The translations under genes and the position numbers were made by a program. The notes under the pieces were generated by a model. The model saw only the letters and a program-made list of their open reading frames with translations. It made no database searches and had not been told where the DNA came from. A DNA stretch of 64,000 bases from Bacillota bacterium (GTDB lineage Bacteria > Bacillota > Clostridia > Christensenellales > DTU072), in contig JAEXAB010000001.1 in NCBI GenBank assembly GCA_023394875.1, positions 320,588-384,587 on the forward strand, read 5' to 3'. Below, one piece after another: positions 15,061 through 24,800 of this stretch. Each line of letters starts with the position of its first letter. The first letter of the stretch is position 1.

Positions 15061-16590
15061 CTACTTGTTTTTTTGTTTTTGCAAGCCTAAAAATATGGGT
15101 CTTAGTCGTTTGTAACTCTTTCTGTATACGTCGTTATATATGTTTTGATAAATTTCGTGATTTACAGGGTTAGGCGTAAAAACTTTGGACTTTGTTACCA
15201 TATTTTCTATGGCTTCCTCATAGCTAGAATACCTATTAAGCCCGATAAAAGTGCATATAGCAGCGCCCAGTCCGCTTGTTTCGTAGGTCTGCGCCCTATA
15301 AACAGGAAGATTAAACATATCGGCGGTAATTTGGCAAACCTCGTCGCTTTGCGCTCCGCCACCCGATACCGCCAACTGCGTTATGGGGGTTTTGCTCCTC
15401 TTTTCCAGACGATTCTTGCCTTCCATCAAAGCAAAATTAATGCCTTCTATTATTGCCTTATACATATGTACAAAACCGTGCCTTTCGGTAAAGCCTATCA
15501 TAGCGCCTCTGGCTTCGGGGCGTTTTAGGCTCGGCGACCAGTAGGGCTCTACGTATAACCCTTCACAACCCGGGGGAATGGCGCTTATCATAGCGTCCAG
15601 TTCTTTTTCATAGCTAATAGCCTCGGTTGCGCCTTTTCGCTTCATAAGTTCGTTTATAAACCAGGTAAGCATCCAATATCCGCGGAAAACCATAATTTCG
15701 GGATTGTATTTATCCGGTATAACCGACGGATAAGCGGGCAAGAAAGTATCCGGTTCTACAAAGTCCGAAGTGGTAATTTGTATAGTTGCCGTAGTTCCGA
15801 AAGATATTGAGGCGGTATGGGGATGAATTGCTCCGGTGCCTACCGTTTCGCAACCCTTGTCGCTACCGGCGGCAATAACCGGCAAGCCTTCTTTAATGCC
15901 TGTCATTTTTGCAGCTTCGGCGGTAATGTTACCTAGTATACTTCCAGGTGGGACCAGGTCAAAGAGCTTGTCGTCTTTCATGGTAAACATCTTTCTTTGG
16001 AGATTATTTTTCTTCATCCAGGTTTTGTTCTTATAGTCAAAGGGCATATGGACTATCATAGAAGCTACGCTGTCCTTAATAACTCCGGTAAGGCGCATAT
16101 TAAGAAAGGTGGAATACTGGATATATTTATAGGTTCTTGCCCAAATTTCCGGCTCGCTTTCTTCAATCCAATTACATTTGGCTTCCTTCCTGTTTTTTTC
16201 CACAGCCTGGCTCATCCCGGCAACGCCGAAAGCCATGCGGGAAAGTAAAGGTAATTTCGTTTCGCACTTTGCCGTTCTTTTGTCAAGCCATAAAATACAC
16301 GGACGAAGAGGTTTGCCGTCTTTGTCAATACAAATACCAACGTCGCGCATTGAGGAAACCGAAACGCCAATTATTGTATCCCAAATATCAGCATTGCGTT
16401 CTTTAAGTTTTTGCGACGCCTCGCACAGTTTTTCCCAGTAAAGCTCGGGGTCCTGCTCGGCATAGCCGTCTTGTGTGGAATAATACGGCTCGAAAGTCAT
16501 CTTGACTTTGTCGATAAGATCGCCCTTATCGTTAAATAACATTGCTCTTGTGCTTTGTGTCCCGCAGTCGAAAGTAAGAATTATCCCCAT
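15061..16590 (-). CDS. FGGY-family carbohydrate kinase
   Basis: The ORF is 509 aa. It has the ASKHA phosphate-1 motif FDCGTQSTRAMLF, the FGGY C-terminal motif LAVSGGGAQSDEVCQITADMF, and the typical length. Confidence 0.8.
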   Translation of the reverse strand: MGIILTFDCGTQSTRAMLFNDKGDLIDKVKMTFEPYYSTQDGYAEQDPELYWEKLCEASQKLKERNADIWDTIIGVSVSSMRDVGICIDKDGKPLRPCILWLDKRTAKCETKLPLLSRMAFGVAGMSQAVEKNRKEAKCNWIEESEPEIWARTYKYIQYSTFLNMRLTGVIKDSVASMIVHMPFDYKNKTWMKKNNLQRKMFTMKDDKLFDLVPPGSILGNITAEAAKMTGIKEGLPVIAAGSDKGCETVGTGAIHPHTASISFGTTATIQITTSDFVEPDTFLPAYPSVIPDKYNPEIMVFRGYWMLTWFINELMKRKGATEAISYEKELDAMISAIPPGCEGLYVEPYWSPSLKRPEARGAMIGFTERHGFVHMYKAIIEGINFALMEGKNRLEKRSKTPITQLAVSGGGAQSDEVCQITADMFNLPVYRAQTYETSGLGAAICTFIGLNRYSSYEEAIENMVTKSKVFTPNPVNHEIYQNIYNDVYRKSYKRLRPIFLGLQKQKNK

Positions 16591-16603
16591 ATCATTTGCT
16601 CCT

Positions 16604-16966
16604 TTATTTAATAACTCTGAACATGTCCGTGGTGATTATAACGTCTATTCCTGTGCCTAAAATGTCCTCTACTACAGTTTCTCCGATTTTTAATATTTTG
16701 TCAAGTTTGATTTTCCTTAAAACGTCCATCGCCTCAAGTATTTTTTCTTTGGGTAGTTCTCCTGCCGTCCTTACCGAAACAACGGGCAGCTTGTCAAAGC
16801 AGGTATTTACCGTGGTTGTCAGGCTACGCTTGGGACAAGTCAGTTCTTCGGTGGCAAACTTAATGCCTCTTGCGCATTTGTTGCCGACAACTGTTATTGT
16901 ACCGTTGTTGTTTTCTGCCTCCAAATGACAGCCGTTGGGGCAGACTATGCAAATTAGCTTGGTCAT
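16604..16966 (-). CDS. DUF1667-type small Cys-rich subunit of the three-gene anaerobic glycerol-3-phosphate dehydrogenase-like complex
   Basis: The ORF is 120 aa, with CIVCPNGCHLE...GNKCARG. It overlaps the upstream flavoprotein gene by 4 nt (16963..16966). Confidence 0.7.
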   Translation of the reverse strand: MTKLICIVCPNGCHLEAENNNGTITVVGNKCARGIKFATEELTCPKRSLTTTVNTCFDKLPVVSVRTAGELPKEKILEAMDVLRKIKLDKILKIGETVVEDILGTGIDVIITTDMFRVIK

Positions 16967-18195
16967 TTCTGTTCCTCCAAAACAAACTCCACACTGTCGC
17001 TTTTGTTTAGCTTTAGGCTCAAACTGATTTTTTCCATTTCGGGCGGTTTAAGATTAGTATATTTCTTTTTGAAAATTTCCTCTCCGTTAACCGTTACGTG
17101 TAAGATAGCCTTTTCCATGTCCTTTTTACTGCGGAAATAAAAAGACACGTTTCCTTCTAAAGCGTTAATATCAAGCAACTGCGGCACAAGATACAGCATA
17201 CCTTTTTGCTTTAGGGAAATAAGTTCCCTTGTCTTTTCTTTACCGACGTTTTTTCCCGCAGTCTCACTCACTTCGGACACGTAGTCTACTAGATCGTGCA
17301 CGTGAAGGGCATTGCCTACGCTATATACGTTATTTATCTTCGTCATCATGTTTTGGTCGACAACAGGTCCTCTGGTGGTACAATCAATGGGTATATCCAA
17401 ACTTTCGGCAAGCTCGTTTTCAGGAATCAGTCCTACAGACACAATTAAGGAATCGCATTCTATATTTTCCTGCGTACCTTCTATTGGGTTCATTCTTTCA
17501 TCGACGCTCATTACTTCCACTTTTTCCACTCTCTTGTCGCCGAATATCCTCGTAACAGTCTTGGATAAGTGCAAGGGTATGTCAAAGTCGTAAAGGCACT
17601 GCTGAATGTTTCTGGAAAGGCCGCTCGGGGTGGATTTCGCTTCATACACACCCAAAACTTTGGCTCCCTCTAAAGTAAGGCGCCTTGCCATAATAAGCCC
17701 TATATCGCCGCTGCCTAAAATAACGCATTTTTTGGTGGGAAGATAACCGCACAAATTTACAAAGTTTTGGGCAACTCCCGCCGTCATAACTCCCGCCGGT
17801 CTTGTGCCGTGTATATTAACCTGTCTGGGCGTCCTTTCCCGACAGCCGTTGGCTAGTATAAGGCTATTTCCGTAATGGCTCTTTATACCTTCTTTGGACG
17901 TAGTGGTAATGACAAATAAATCCTTTTCTTTTTTGATACTGATTACGAAATTGAGGGTTTTTACCTCAATATTATCTCTTTTTTCCACTTCGGAAATAAA
18001 TCTGTCGGCGTATTCGGGACCCGAAAGCTTCTCCCCAAAACGCAACACGCCGAAACCGTCGTGAATACATTGCTTAAGTATTCCGCCAAGCTTGTCTTCG
18101 CGTTCGATTATCAGGACTTTCTTTTCTTTATCTACGCTTAGCGCCGCCGCAAGACCGGCAGGGCCGCCGCCGATAACAATAGCAGAATATATCAT
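16963..18195 (-). CDS. NAD(P)/FAD-dependent pyridine-nucleotide-disulfide-type oxidoreductase (second subunit of the same complex)
   Basis: The ORF is 410 aa. It has AIVIGGGPAGLAAA (FAD) and a second Rossmann motif, CVILGSGDIGLIMA. Confidence 0.75.
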   Translation of the reverse strand: MIYSAIVIGGGPAGLAAALSVDKEKKVLIIEREDKLGGILKQCIHDGFGVLRFGEKLSGPEYADRFISEVEKRDNIEVKTLNFVISIKKEKDLFVITTTSKEGIKSHYGNSLILANGCRERTPRQVNIHGTRPAGVMTAGVAQNFVNLCGYLPTKKCVILGSGDIGLIMARRLTLEGAKVLGVYEAKSTPSGLSRNIQQCLYDFDIPLHLSKTVTRIFGDKRVEKVEVMSVDERMNPIEGTQENIECDSLIVSVGLIPENELAESLDIPIDCTTRGPVVDQNMMTKINNVYSVGNALHVHDLVDYVSEVSETAGKNVGKEKTRELISLKQKGMLYLVPQLLDINALEGNVSFYFRSKKDMEKAILHVTVNGEEIFKKKYTNLKPPEMEKISLSLKLNKSDSVEFVLEEQK

Positions 18196-18197
18196 CT

Positions 18198-19898
18198 TTA
18201 CTCCTTTGACTTACATAAAAGCAGTTCGCTTCCGCTTCCTTTTTTGGTAACTGAACAAACACTATTGCCCGTTTGCTCGGCTATTATTTTAGTAATAAGA
18301 GGAGAACAGAAGCCACCCTGACATCTGCCCATACCTGCGCGCACTCTGCGCTTAATTCCGTCAACTGTAGTGGCGGGTAGACAGGAATTTATTGCGTCTA
18401 TTATTTCCCCTTTGGAAATCTGCTCGCAACGGCAAATAATTACGCCGTAATCGGGATTTTTTTCTATCAAAGCATTTCTTTCTTCTTCCGACATTTCCTT
18501 AACGCAAGGTATACCTTCTCTTATGGGAGAAAATTCTTTGTTTTCTTGAACTGTCATAACTTTTGACAAAATTTCTACCGTCCATTTTGCTATATCCTGA
18601 GCGATAGCCGGAGCGGCGGTAATACCGGGCGATTGTATGCCGGCAGCCTGAATGAAGTTATTGATAACAGGGCTTTTTTCTACAATAAACATTTCTTCGT
18701 AAGTTGCCGCTCTCGTACCTGCAAAATAAGTTATTATGTCGCTTGCCTTGAGGTCAGGCGCTACCTGATGTTGCTTTTCATATACTGCCATCAAGCCTTC
18801 TCTGTCGGTAGAATCGTCTTCTCTTTCGATTACTTCGTACGCGCTGGGGCCTATAAGTAGATTATCGTCAATAGTCTTAATAACTCCCCCGCCTTTGGTG
18901 TGGGAATTTCCTGAGCTTCCTAAAATAAATCTTCCCACAACGGTAGAGGTAAGGTTGGAAACTTTGCTGTCTATTACGCCCTCGATACCCTTTCTGGGAT
19001 GAATGGTAAAGAACCTATCCCCTGCCATTTCCGCAATTACGTCGGAGAATACGCCTGCGGCGTTAATAACCGTCTTCGGGTATATCTTTCCTCTGTTTGT
19101 GGTTACCGAAAGTACCTTTTCCCCGTCGTTTTCTATAGCAGTTACCGCAGTGTTTAAGCAAACTTTTACTCCGTTACTTATTGCGTTTTCTGCCAAAGCA
19201 ACCGTCATAAGATAGGGGCTAACTATACCGGCTCCATAGCACATAAGAGCGCCGTACTTAAAGCCCGGGTGGGGTATCATCTCTGCAATTTCTTTATTAT
19301 TAACATATTTTATGGGTATATTATTTTTTCTCGCCCTCAGCTTTATTATGGGCATAACAAGTTTTTGCCAACGCTCGGTGAACAGTACGCATTGACCGCA
19401 TTTTTTTATGGGCACGTTCAATTCTTTACTCAAGGTATCGTAAAGTTTGTTACCGCGCATATTGTATTTTACTTTGTTGGAATTGGGGTTTAAGTCAATA
19501 CCTGCATGAATCATACCGTCGTTTCTGGAAGATTGGGCTATGGCTACGTCATATTCTTTTTCCAGCACCATAATATCTAGCTTATAGCGTGACAGCTCTC
19601 TAGCAATAGCGCAACCGACTATACCGCCGCCTATTATTACTACGTCGGGAGTAAGTCCGTCATAAAGCTTGTCGGAAAATTTCGGCACGCGCATGGGCTT
19701 CGGAGTGTAATTTTTTAACTTGATATTATTAATTACTCCTCGGGAATTTTTGCTGACGGCAAGCCTTCCCGCCTCTACAATATCGGAATAATTATCCATT
19801 TCCCCTTCCAGCAAAACACCGCCGTTTTTTTCGGAAACTGCAATATTGCTATAACCTGCTTTCGTCAATTTTCGCACTATTTCGTCAATATCTACCAT
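18198..19898 (-). CDS. FAD-dependent glycerol-3-phosphate dehydrogenase/oxidase-like protein with a C-terminal BFD-like [2Fe-2S] domain and an N-terminal BON-like extension
   Basis: The ORF is 566 aa. It has DVVIIGGGIVGCAIARELS (GxGxxG) and a C-terminal CRCEQISKGEIIDAI...GMGRCQGGFC motif. The first ~65 aa (NIAVSEKNGGVLLEGEMDNYSDIVEAGRLAVSKNSRGVINNIKL) follow the BON-domain pattern. Confidence 0.75.
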   Translation of the reverse strand: MVDIDEIVRKLTKAGYSNIAVSEKNGGVLLEGEMDNYSDIVEAGRLAVSKNSRGVINNIKLKNYTPKPMRVPKFSDKLYDGLTPDVVIIGGGIVGCAIARELSRYKLDIMVLEKEYDVAIAQSSRNDGMIHAGIDLNPNSNKVKYNMRGNKLYDTLSKELNVPIKKCGQCVLFTERWQKLVMPIIKLRARKNNIPIKYVNNKEIAEMIPHPGFKYGALMCYGAGIVSPYLMTVALAENAISNGVKVCLNTAVTAIENDGEKVLSVTTNRGKIYPKTVINAAGVFSDVIAEMAGDRFFTIHPRKGIEGVIDSKVSNLTSTVVGRFILGSSGNSHTKGGGVIKTIDDNLLIGPSAYEVIEREDDSTDREGLMAVYEKQHQVAPDLKASDIITYFAGTRAATYEEMFIVEKSPVINNFIQAAGIQSPGITAAPAIAQDIAKWTVEILSKVMTVQENKEFSPIREGIPCVKEMSEEERNALIEKNPDYGVIICRCEQISKGEIIDAINSCLPATTVDGIKRRVRAGMGRCQGGFCSPLITKIIAEQTGNSVCSVTKKGSGSELLLCKSKE

Positions 19899-19907
19899 AA
19901 TATCTTA

Positions 19908-19936
19908 ATTATAACATGGCAAAAAATGACTGTAAA
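19908..19936 (-). promoter_or_regulatory. sigma-70-type promoter abutting the start codon at 19898 (leaderless-type arrangement)
   Basis: On the minus strand it reads TTTACA (19936..19931), a 17-nt spacer, then TATAAT (19913..19908). Only 9 nt (TAAGATATT) separate it from the ATG, and there is no Shine-Dalgarno. Confidence 0.55.
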
Positions 19937-19996
19937 TACACAGTTTTTTGAAAATGTAGATTATCGCCTTTTTATGTGTAAACTAGTCAAAATAGA

Positions 19997-21760
19997 CTAA
20001 AATATGTCAATGTCGGTAAATTTCCTATATTTCCCTATGGGTCTAAATGCCCATTTTGCGTACAAAACAACGTTTTTATCGGGCATATTATTAAGGCTTA
20101 TTAATTTGCTGTTTAAGGTATCCTCAAGGTACCAACCGTCGAATATAAGGGAGCCGAATTTTGCAGATGGAATGTCAATTTCTATACCTGCGCTACCGAT
20201 TATAGGGGCAATTTCATAGCCTATTATGTTGGTTACAAAACTGATTTTATAAGTCTTGCTGCGGTATATTACAATGAAAATAGTAAAGGCAAGGAGAGCT
20301 AATAAACAAACAATCAGTCCGATTATCCAGTACATTTGATAATCGTCGGCGTATATAACAAACATACCAAAGTTTTCGGGGCGGAAAACAATTTCATTTT
20401 GACTGTTTGTGGAAAACTCAATAGGCTTACCCGTTCCGTTTTCGTTATAATATAGGCGCAAATTCCTACCCTCGGGCGGTGTTATTACTATGGTTGTTCC
20501 TTCGGGTATGGAAAGAATTTCTCCTTCATAAATTAACGATACGGTATAGACTTCGGCTATCTTCCTGAAGATGTTTTCGCCTGTCTTTATGGTAGCGGAA
20601 TTGTTTCTTGCTACTACGACATCGGCTCCGTATAAAAACCCTTCCTGGCTAATCAAAGTAACCTTAAAACCTTCGTTTTGCACCGAAACAACGGGGCTTA
20701 GGATATTAATTTTTACGGTTACCACGTCGGCGGGCAGATAGTTTCCTGTGCCTATTGTGGTAATCTTAACGGTATAATTGCCTACGTCGGTAAATTTATT
20801 ACTGCCTAGCTGGTTGTTGATGATAAAAACGGCGTTGCGGTCTTCCTCTCCGTCCACACTATAGGGTATTACTAGGGGAGTACCGTCGTATCTTCTCTTA
20901 TAGGAGTTCTTTTCCACGTTAATAACGCTTTTTGCCTTATAAATAATTAATTCGGCGTAAAGGTTGTTTTTATCCATTTCGTATTCGCCGTTAAAAAGCT
21001 TATAATTATTTTTGTTATAATCAATTATCGCCGTAACTCTGTAACGACCCACGTTCTGGGCAAGATTACTTTGATACCTGATACTTACCGTACTCGGAAT
21101 ATTGCCCGAAACACTAAGGCTTTTTGCCTCGCCGTCATAAATAAACGTCCTGTCCTCAAAAACTATCCCGCTAATATCAATAATAGCCTTTTCAATGAGC
21201 AGCGTTGCATAAAGGGTTCCGCCGTCGATTACGTAATTGCCGCTCGGGCAAGTAAAAACGGCGCTGACTAAGTATTGCCCTGCTTGAGACTGGTTATTTG
21301 ATACGTAGCTTACTTCTATTTCATCGGGAAGATATCCTTCTATCTCCACGCTTTTTACGGTGCCGTCGTAAGTGAAAGTTTTGTTTTCAAAAAACAAATC
21401 CCTCGTGTCAAAAACCGCGGGGACTATGTTATAAGTTCCGCTTATTACCCGAATATCATAAGAAGGCAAATCATCATAAAGAATTGTTATTTCGTATTCT
21501 CCTACGTCGCCGCCCTCTTCTTTTATTAGTCTTATGTTTAGTTCTTCTATTTCGCTTGGACTAAGGCTAACTCCATTTATTGTATAGTCAAGCTCAACTA
21601 AATTATCTCCGTAAACTTGGGTTTTGTCGTTGGCAGTAATGATTACTTCACTTTCATCGGCAAAAGCATCAACGCTATTTTCCATAGAAAAAACTACTCC
21701 GAAAAATGCGCCTAATACTAACGCCAGAGCGAAAAATATGTAAGAAACTTTCTTCGACAC
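19997..21760 (-). CDS. secreted/membrane-anchored surface protein: signal peptide, about 4 MBG (YGX/YDG-type) domains, a beta domain, a TM helix, and a C-terminal Listeria-Bacteroides (Flg_new) repeat
   Basis: GTG start at 21760, with GGGAG 5 nt upstream. The signal peptide is VSYIFFALALVLGAFFGVVFS...VDAFA|DE. MBG-like modules are marked by QVYGDN, FTYDGT, FIYDGE and RRYDGT, each followed by ..G.Y.V.A....NY... The TM helix is YWIIGLIVCLLALLAFTIFIVIY (aa 476-499, nt 20264..20335). The tail YKISF...FDGWYLED...VVLYAKW matches the Flg_new repeat. Confidence 0.7.
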   Translation of the reverse strand: MSKKVSYIFFALALVLGAFFGVVFSMENSVDAFADESEVIITANDKTQVYGDNLVELDYTINGVSLSPSEIEELNIRLIKEEGGDVGEYEITILYDDLPSYDIRVISGTYNIVPAVFDTRDLFFENKTFTYDGTVKSVEIEGYLPDEIEVSYVSNNQSQAGQYLVSAVFTCPSGNYVIDGGTLYATLLIEKAIIDISGIVFEDRTFIYDGEAKSLSVSGNIPSTVSIRYQSNLAQNVGRYRVTAIIDYNKNNYKLFNGEYEMDKNNLYAELIIYKAKSVINVEKNSYKRRYDGTPLVIPYSVDGEEDRNAVFIINNQLGSNKFTDVGNYTVKITTIGTGNYLPADVVTVKINILSPVVSVQNEGFKVTLISQEGFLYGADVVVARNNSATIKTGENIFRKIAEVYTVSLIYEGEILSIPEGTTIVITPPEGRNLRLYYNENGTGKPIEFSTNSQNEIVFRPENFGMFVIYADDYQMYWIIGLIVCLLALLAFTIFIVIYRSKTYKISFVTNIIGYEIAPIIGSAGIEIDIPSAKFGSLIFDGWYLEDTLNSKLISLNNMPDKNVVLYAKWAFRPIGKYRKFTDIDIF

Positions 21761-21781
21761 AATATCTCCCTTATGCTTTTT

Positions 21782-21803
21782 CCCCCCGCCAAAAGGCGAG
21801 GGG
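21782..21803 (-). other. GC-rich 9-bp stem-loop between the giant gene and the MBG gene, without a U-tract
   Basis: On the minus strand it reads CCCCTCGCC-TTTT-GGCGGGGGG (one G-U pair), followed by AAAAAGCATAAGGGAGATATTGTG, which is the Shine-Dalgarno and GTG of the next gene. It is not a canonical intrinsic terminator. Confidence 0.5.
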
Positions 21804-21815
21804 AAAGAGTTGTTG

Positions 21816-24800
21816 TTATTTACTAGCTATATAGATATAGGTGTAAAGTACGAAGGTCTTAGGCGTCATACCTTGCTGCGCATAATTTCCGTTATAGATT
21901 GTTTCGGCATCGGTAGTGGTACCCATAGTTATTGAGAAGGTTGTTTCCACAAGGTATCTTGTACCAATCTGCGCCATGGTGTTGATTGCCGTAAAGTCGC
22001 CTATATTTATTCTGGTTTGACCGTTCATACGATAAACAGTGCTGTTATACCACGGTAGGTACGTTGCCGCAGATGAATTAAACGTTGAATAATCGGTACC
22101 TATCGTCCAGTTAACTCCCGGTATAGTCGTGTCCGTCTTAACAGAGAATACATAATTCATTTGGAACAAAGGTAGGTTCCTCAAGTTGAACATAGCACCT
22201 TGAGATATATAAAGGGTAGGTATGTTCTGTGTACCCTGAGTTCCTGCTTGCCAATAGTAATTGCTGGTTGCCGTCTGCTTAGCGTCGTCGTCATAGCGGT
22301 AGCCTTTTTCCAGCAATACGCCGGAGTTCTTATAGGATACTTCGTTTTCATCCACTGTCTCGTCGGAGTTGGGTACATACAGATAGTGTTTGTTGCTTAC
22401 AGCATCGGAGACGTAGAAGGATCTTGCCCCTGTTTCGTCTTTCTTGAATATGCTTGCCACTAAGCCTCTGCTCAACGGGTCAATATAGTGGACTATTGAA
22501 GAATCATAACCCGAAATAATTATTTCTCCGCCTATTGCAGTTGTGGAAGCAGGATACGCCCTTCTGCCTACCGCTCTCCAAGAGAGTATGCCTATCTGAT
22601 ATTCATTGACTAACTGGTTGTCGTTATCGTCCAGACCGAAGTCAAGGTTCTGTAATGATGCGGGACTAAAGGCGTTGGTATATACTTCTCTTTGTGAAAG
22701 CTCTCCGCTTGCTACGGTATCGAACCTTTCCTCATCGACTGGTTTTACCAGTTTGTAGTACTCAACAGGTATATAGTCGTTGTTGTCGGTAGAGAACAAG
22801 TTGTAAGACGTAGACATACCGAAGTATTGGATTAAGTTTTCGGGTAGCGCATACGTTGTGCCTTTAGGTATACTTAGTAAGCCGGGTACGTTACTGTTAA
22901 TCCAGCTTCTTGTGGAAGTATTGGACAGCTTCCAACGGAAGGTTTGTCCGCCCTTTCCACCCAAAGTAATGGTAGCGTACTGAGCTGCCTTATCGCCGAA
23001 CGCCACCGCGCCGAAGTACCACTTGTTATAGTTATTCCTATAGGTACCGCCGCCGTTTATGTTGGTTATCAAGGTTTCTTTGGCTACGCCGTTTACTTTA
23101 TAATGGACTCTATAGCCATAGCTTGCGTCATAGACAGGATGTCCGTTTTCTTCGTTGTATACCACTTCGATATAGAAGTCAGGGTTGTTAACCTCGGTTA
23201 GACTGCTTATCTTAGGTAACAATATGATATCATCAGGACCATAAGGCGTGGTGCTGATAAAGGCGTCTACAGCTCCTTCGGTGTCGAAGAACAGCCACGG
23301 GTCAACGGCAAACGTCTTGGTGTAGAGTTGGTCGTCAAGGCTCATTGTAAAGGAAGTTTTCCTCTCGGTGTCGTTAAAGTAAACGGTTATTTTGCCTTGA
23401 CTTGCGCCCGACCAAAGAGCTCCTGAATTATACTTGTTGCATGTTGCTAAGAAGGCGTTAATAGCCGCGCTGTTATTAGGCACCTTCATCATAGCGTTGA
23501 ACTGCTCGTAGCCTAGTTTGGTCGTGGTATAAATCATCACGTCATCGGGCATCTTCAAGCCGCCTAACTGAATGAAGTAATAAGGGTCAAGTATTCTCCA
23601 GTTGTTGATGTCGTCGTCATATTCTATCGCGCCGTCAACTATTGCGTTTTTATACCTATCTGCCGACTCGTCGGAAACAAGGTCGTTTAGAATGCTTCTG
23701 AAGTAGGTGTCATAGCTTATTTCATATCCGTCTTCGTTAATCGGATTTGCAAACACAATATATTCCTCGGTAAGATTGAACATAATCTGAGCGTTTTGTT
23801 GTCCTTTTGCGCCCAAACCGTAGCCGGGGATAACCATATTGAATCTAGCTTTGCCGCCCTTGTAGTTTAGTCCTTGAGTGGTGTCTAGAGTAAAGCTCAT
23901 TTGTACTGCGTTGTTATACGCTTTGCCTCTGCTGTCTACTCCGTTGGTTTCTTCGGCGGATAAGATATACTTACCGCTCGATTCGGCTATCTGGTTGAGG
24001 GTGTAGTAAATAGGATCGTTGAAGTCTTCAAAGTACACGCCGAATACTAAGGAAGTTGAACTGCTGAAGTGTTGGGCAATTAGCTTACTTTCTATATTGG
24101 ATTGTCCGATATAGTCGTATACGCTTATTGTGGTACCAAGTCCGATTGTGCCGTCTTTAAGAACGTTGGGAGTAAAGCCGTAGAAGCCTCTTGATACGTC
24201 AACTTTTCTACTTAATATCTTGACGGGGTATAGCAGCATTTGATATGAATTGCCGCTTCCGATACTTACTTCTACTTCGCCGGAACCACCTGAGTATCTC
24301 CAGAACATATCGGCATCGTAGAACTTGACGCCAAGTTTGTATTCTCCCTGTTCGGTTGCTAAGTTGTAGTTGATATAGTACTTGCCGCCTTCGGCATAGC
24401 CGGGCAGAGAACCGAACAACACGTCAAACTCCGTTCTCTCAAACTTTAGGACGGTATCATACTGACCGCCTGCCAAATAACCTTGCTGCGTTAAGGCATT
24501 AAAGCCCGAATCGGAATTGACGTACTTGACAAACGGGTCAAACTCAAAGCCCTTTACTGTGGTAGTTGTGTTGCCCGAACCAACGGTAATGTTCTTGAAG
24601 TTCGGAGCGTTAGTAGCGTTAAAGCCAAAGTCGCTTATGGTACGGTTGACATAAACAATCGGTATACTGAATTTCTGAACGCCCGCGTACAAGGTTTCGT
24701 CTGAGTTACCAAAGGTAGCCACTAGCTTGCCTGCGCCGCCGCCGTAATTAATCTTGCCGCCCGACCTTCTCAGCTCTGCGCTCAAAATTGCGCCGCTTCC

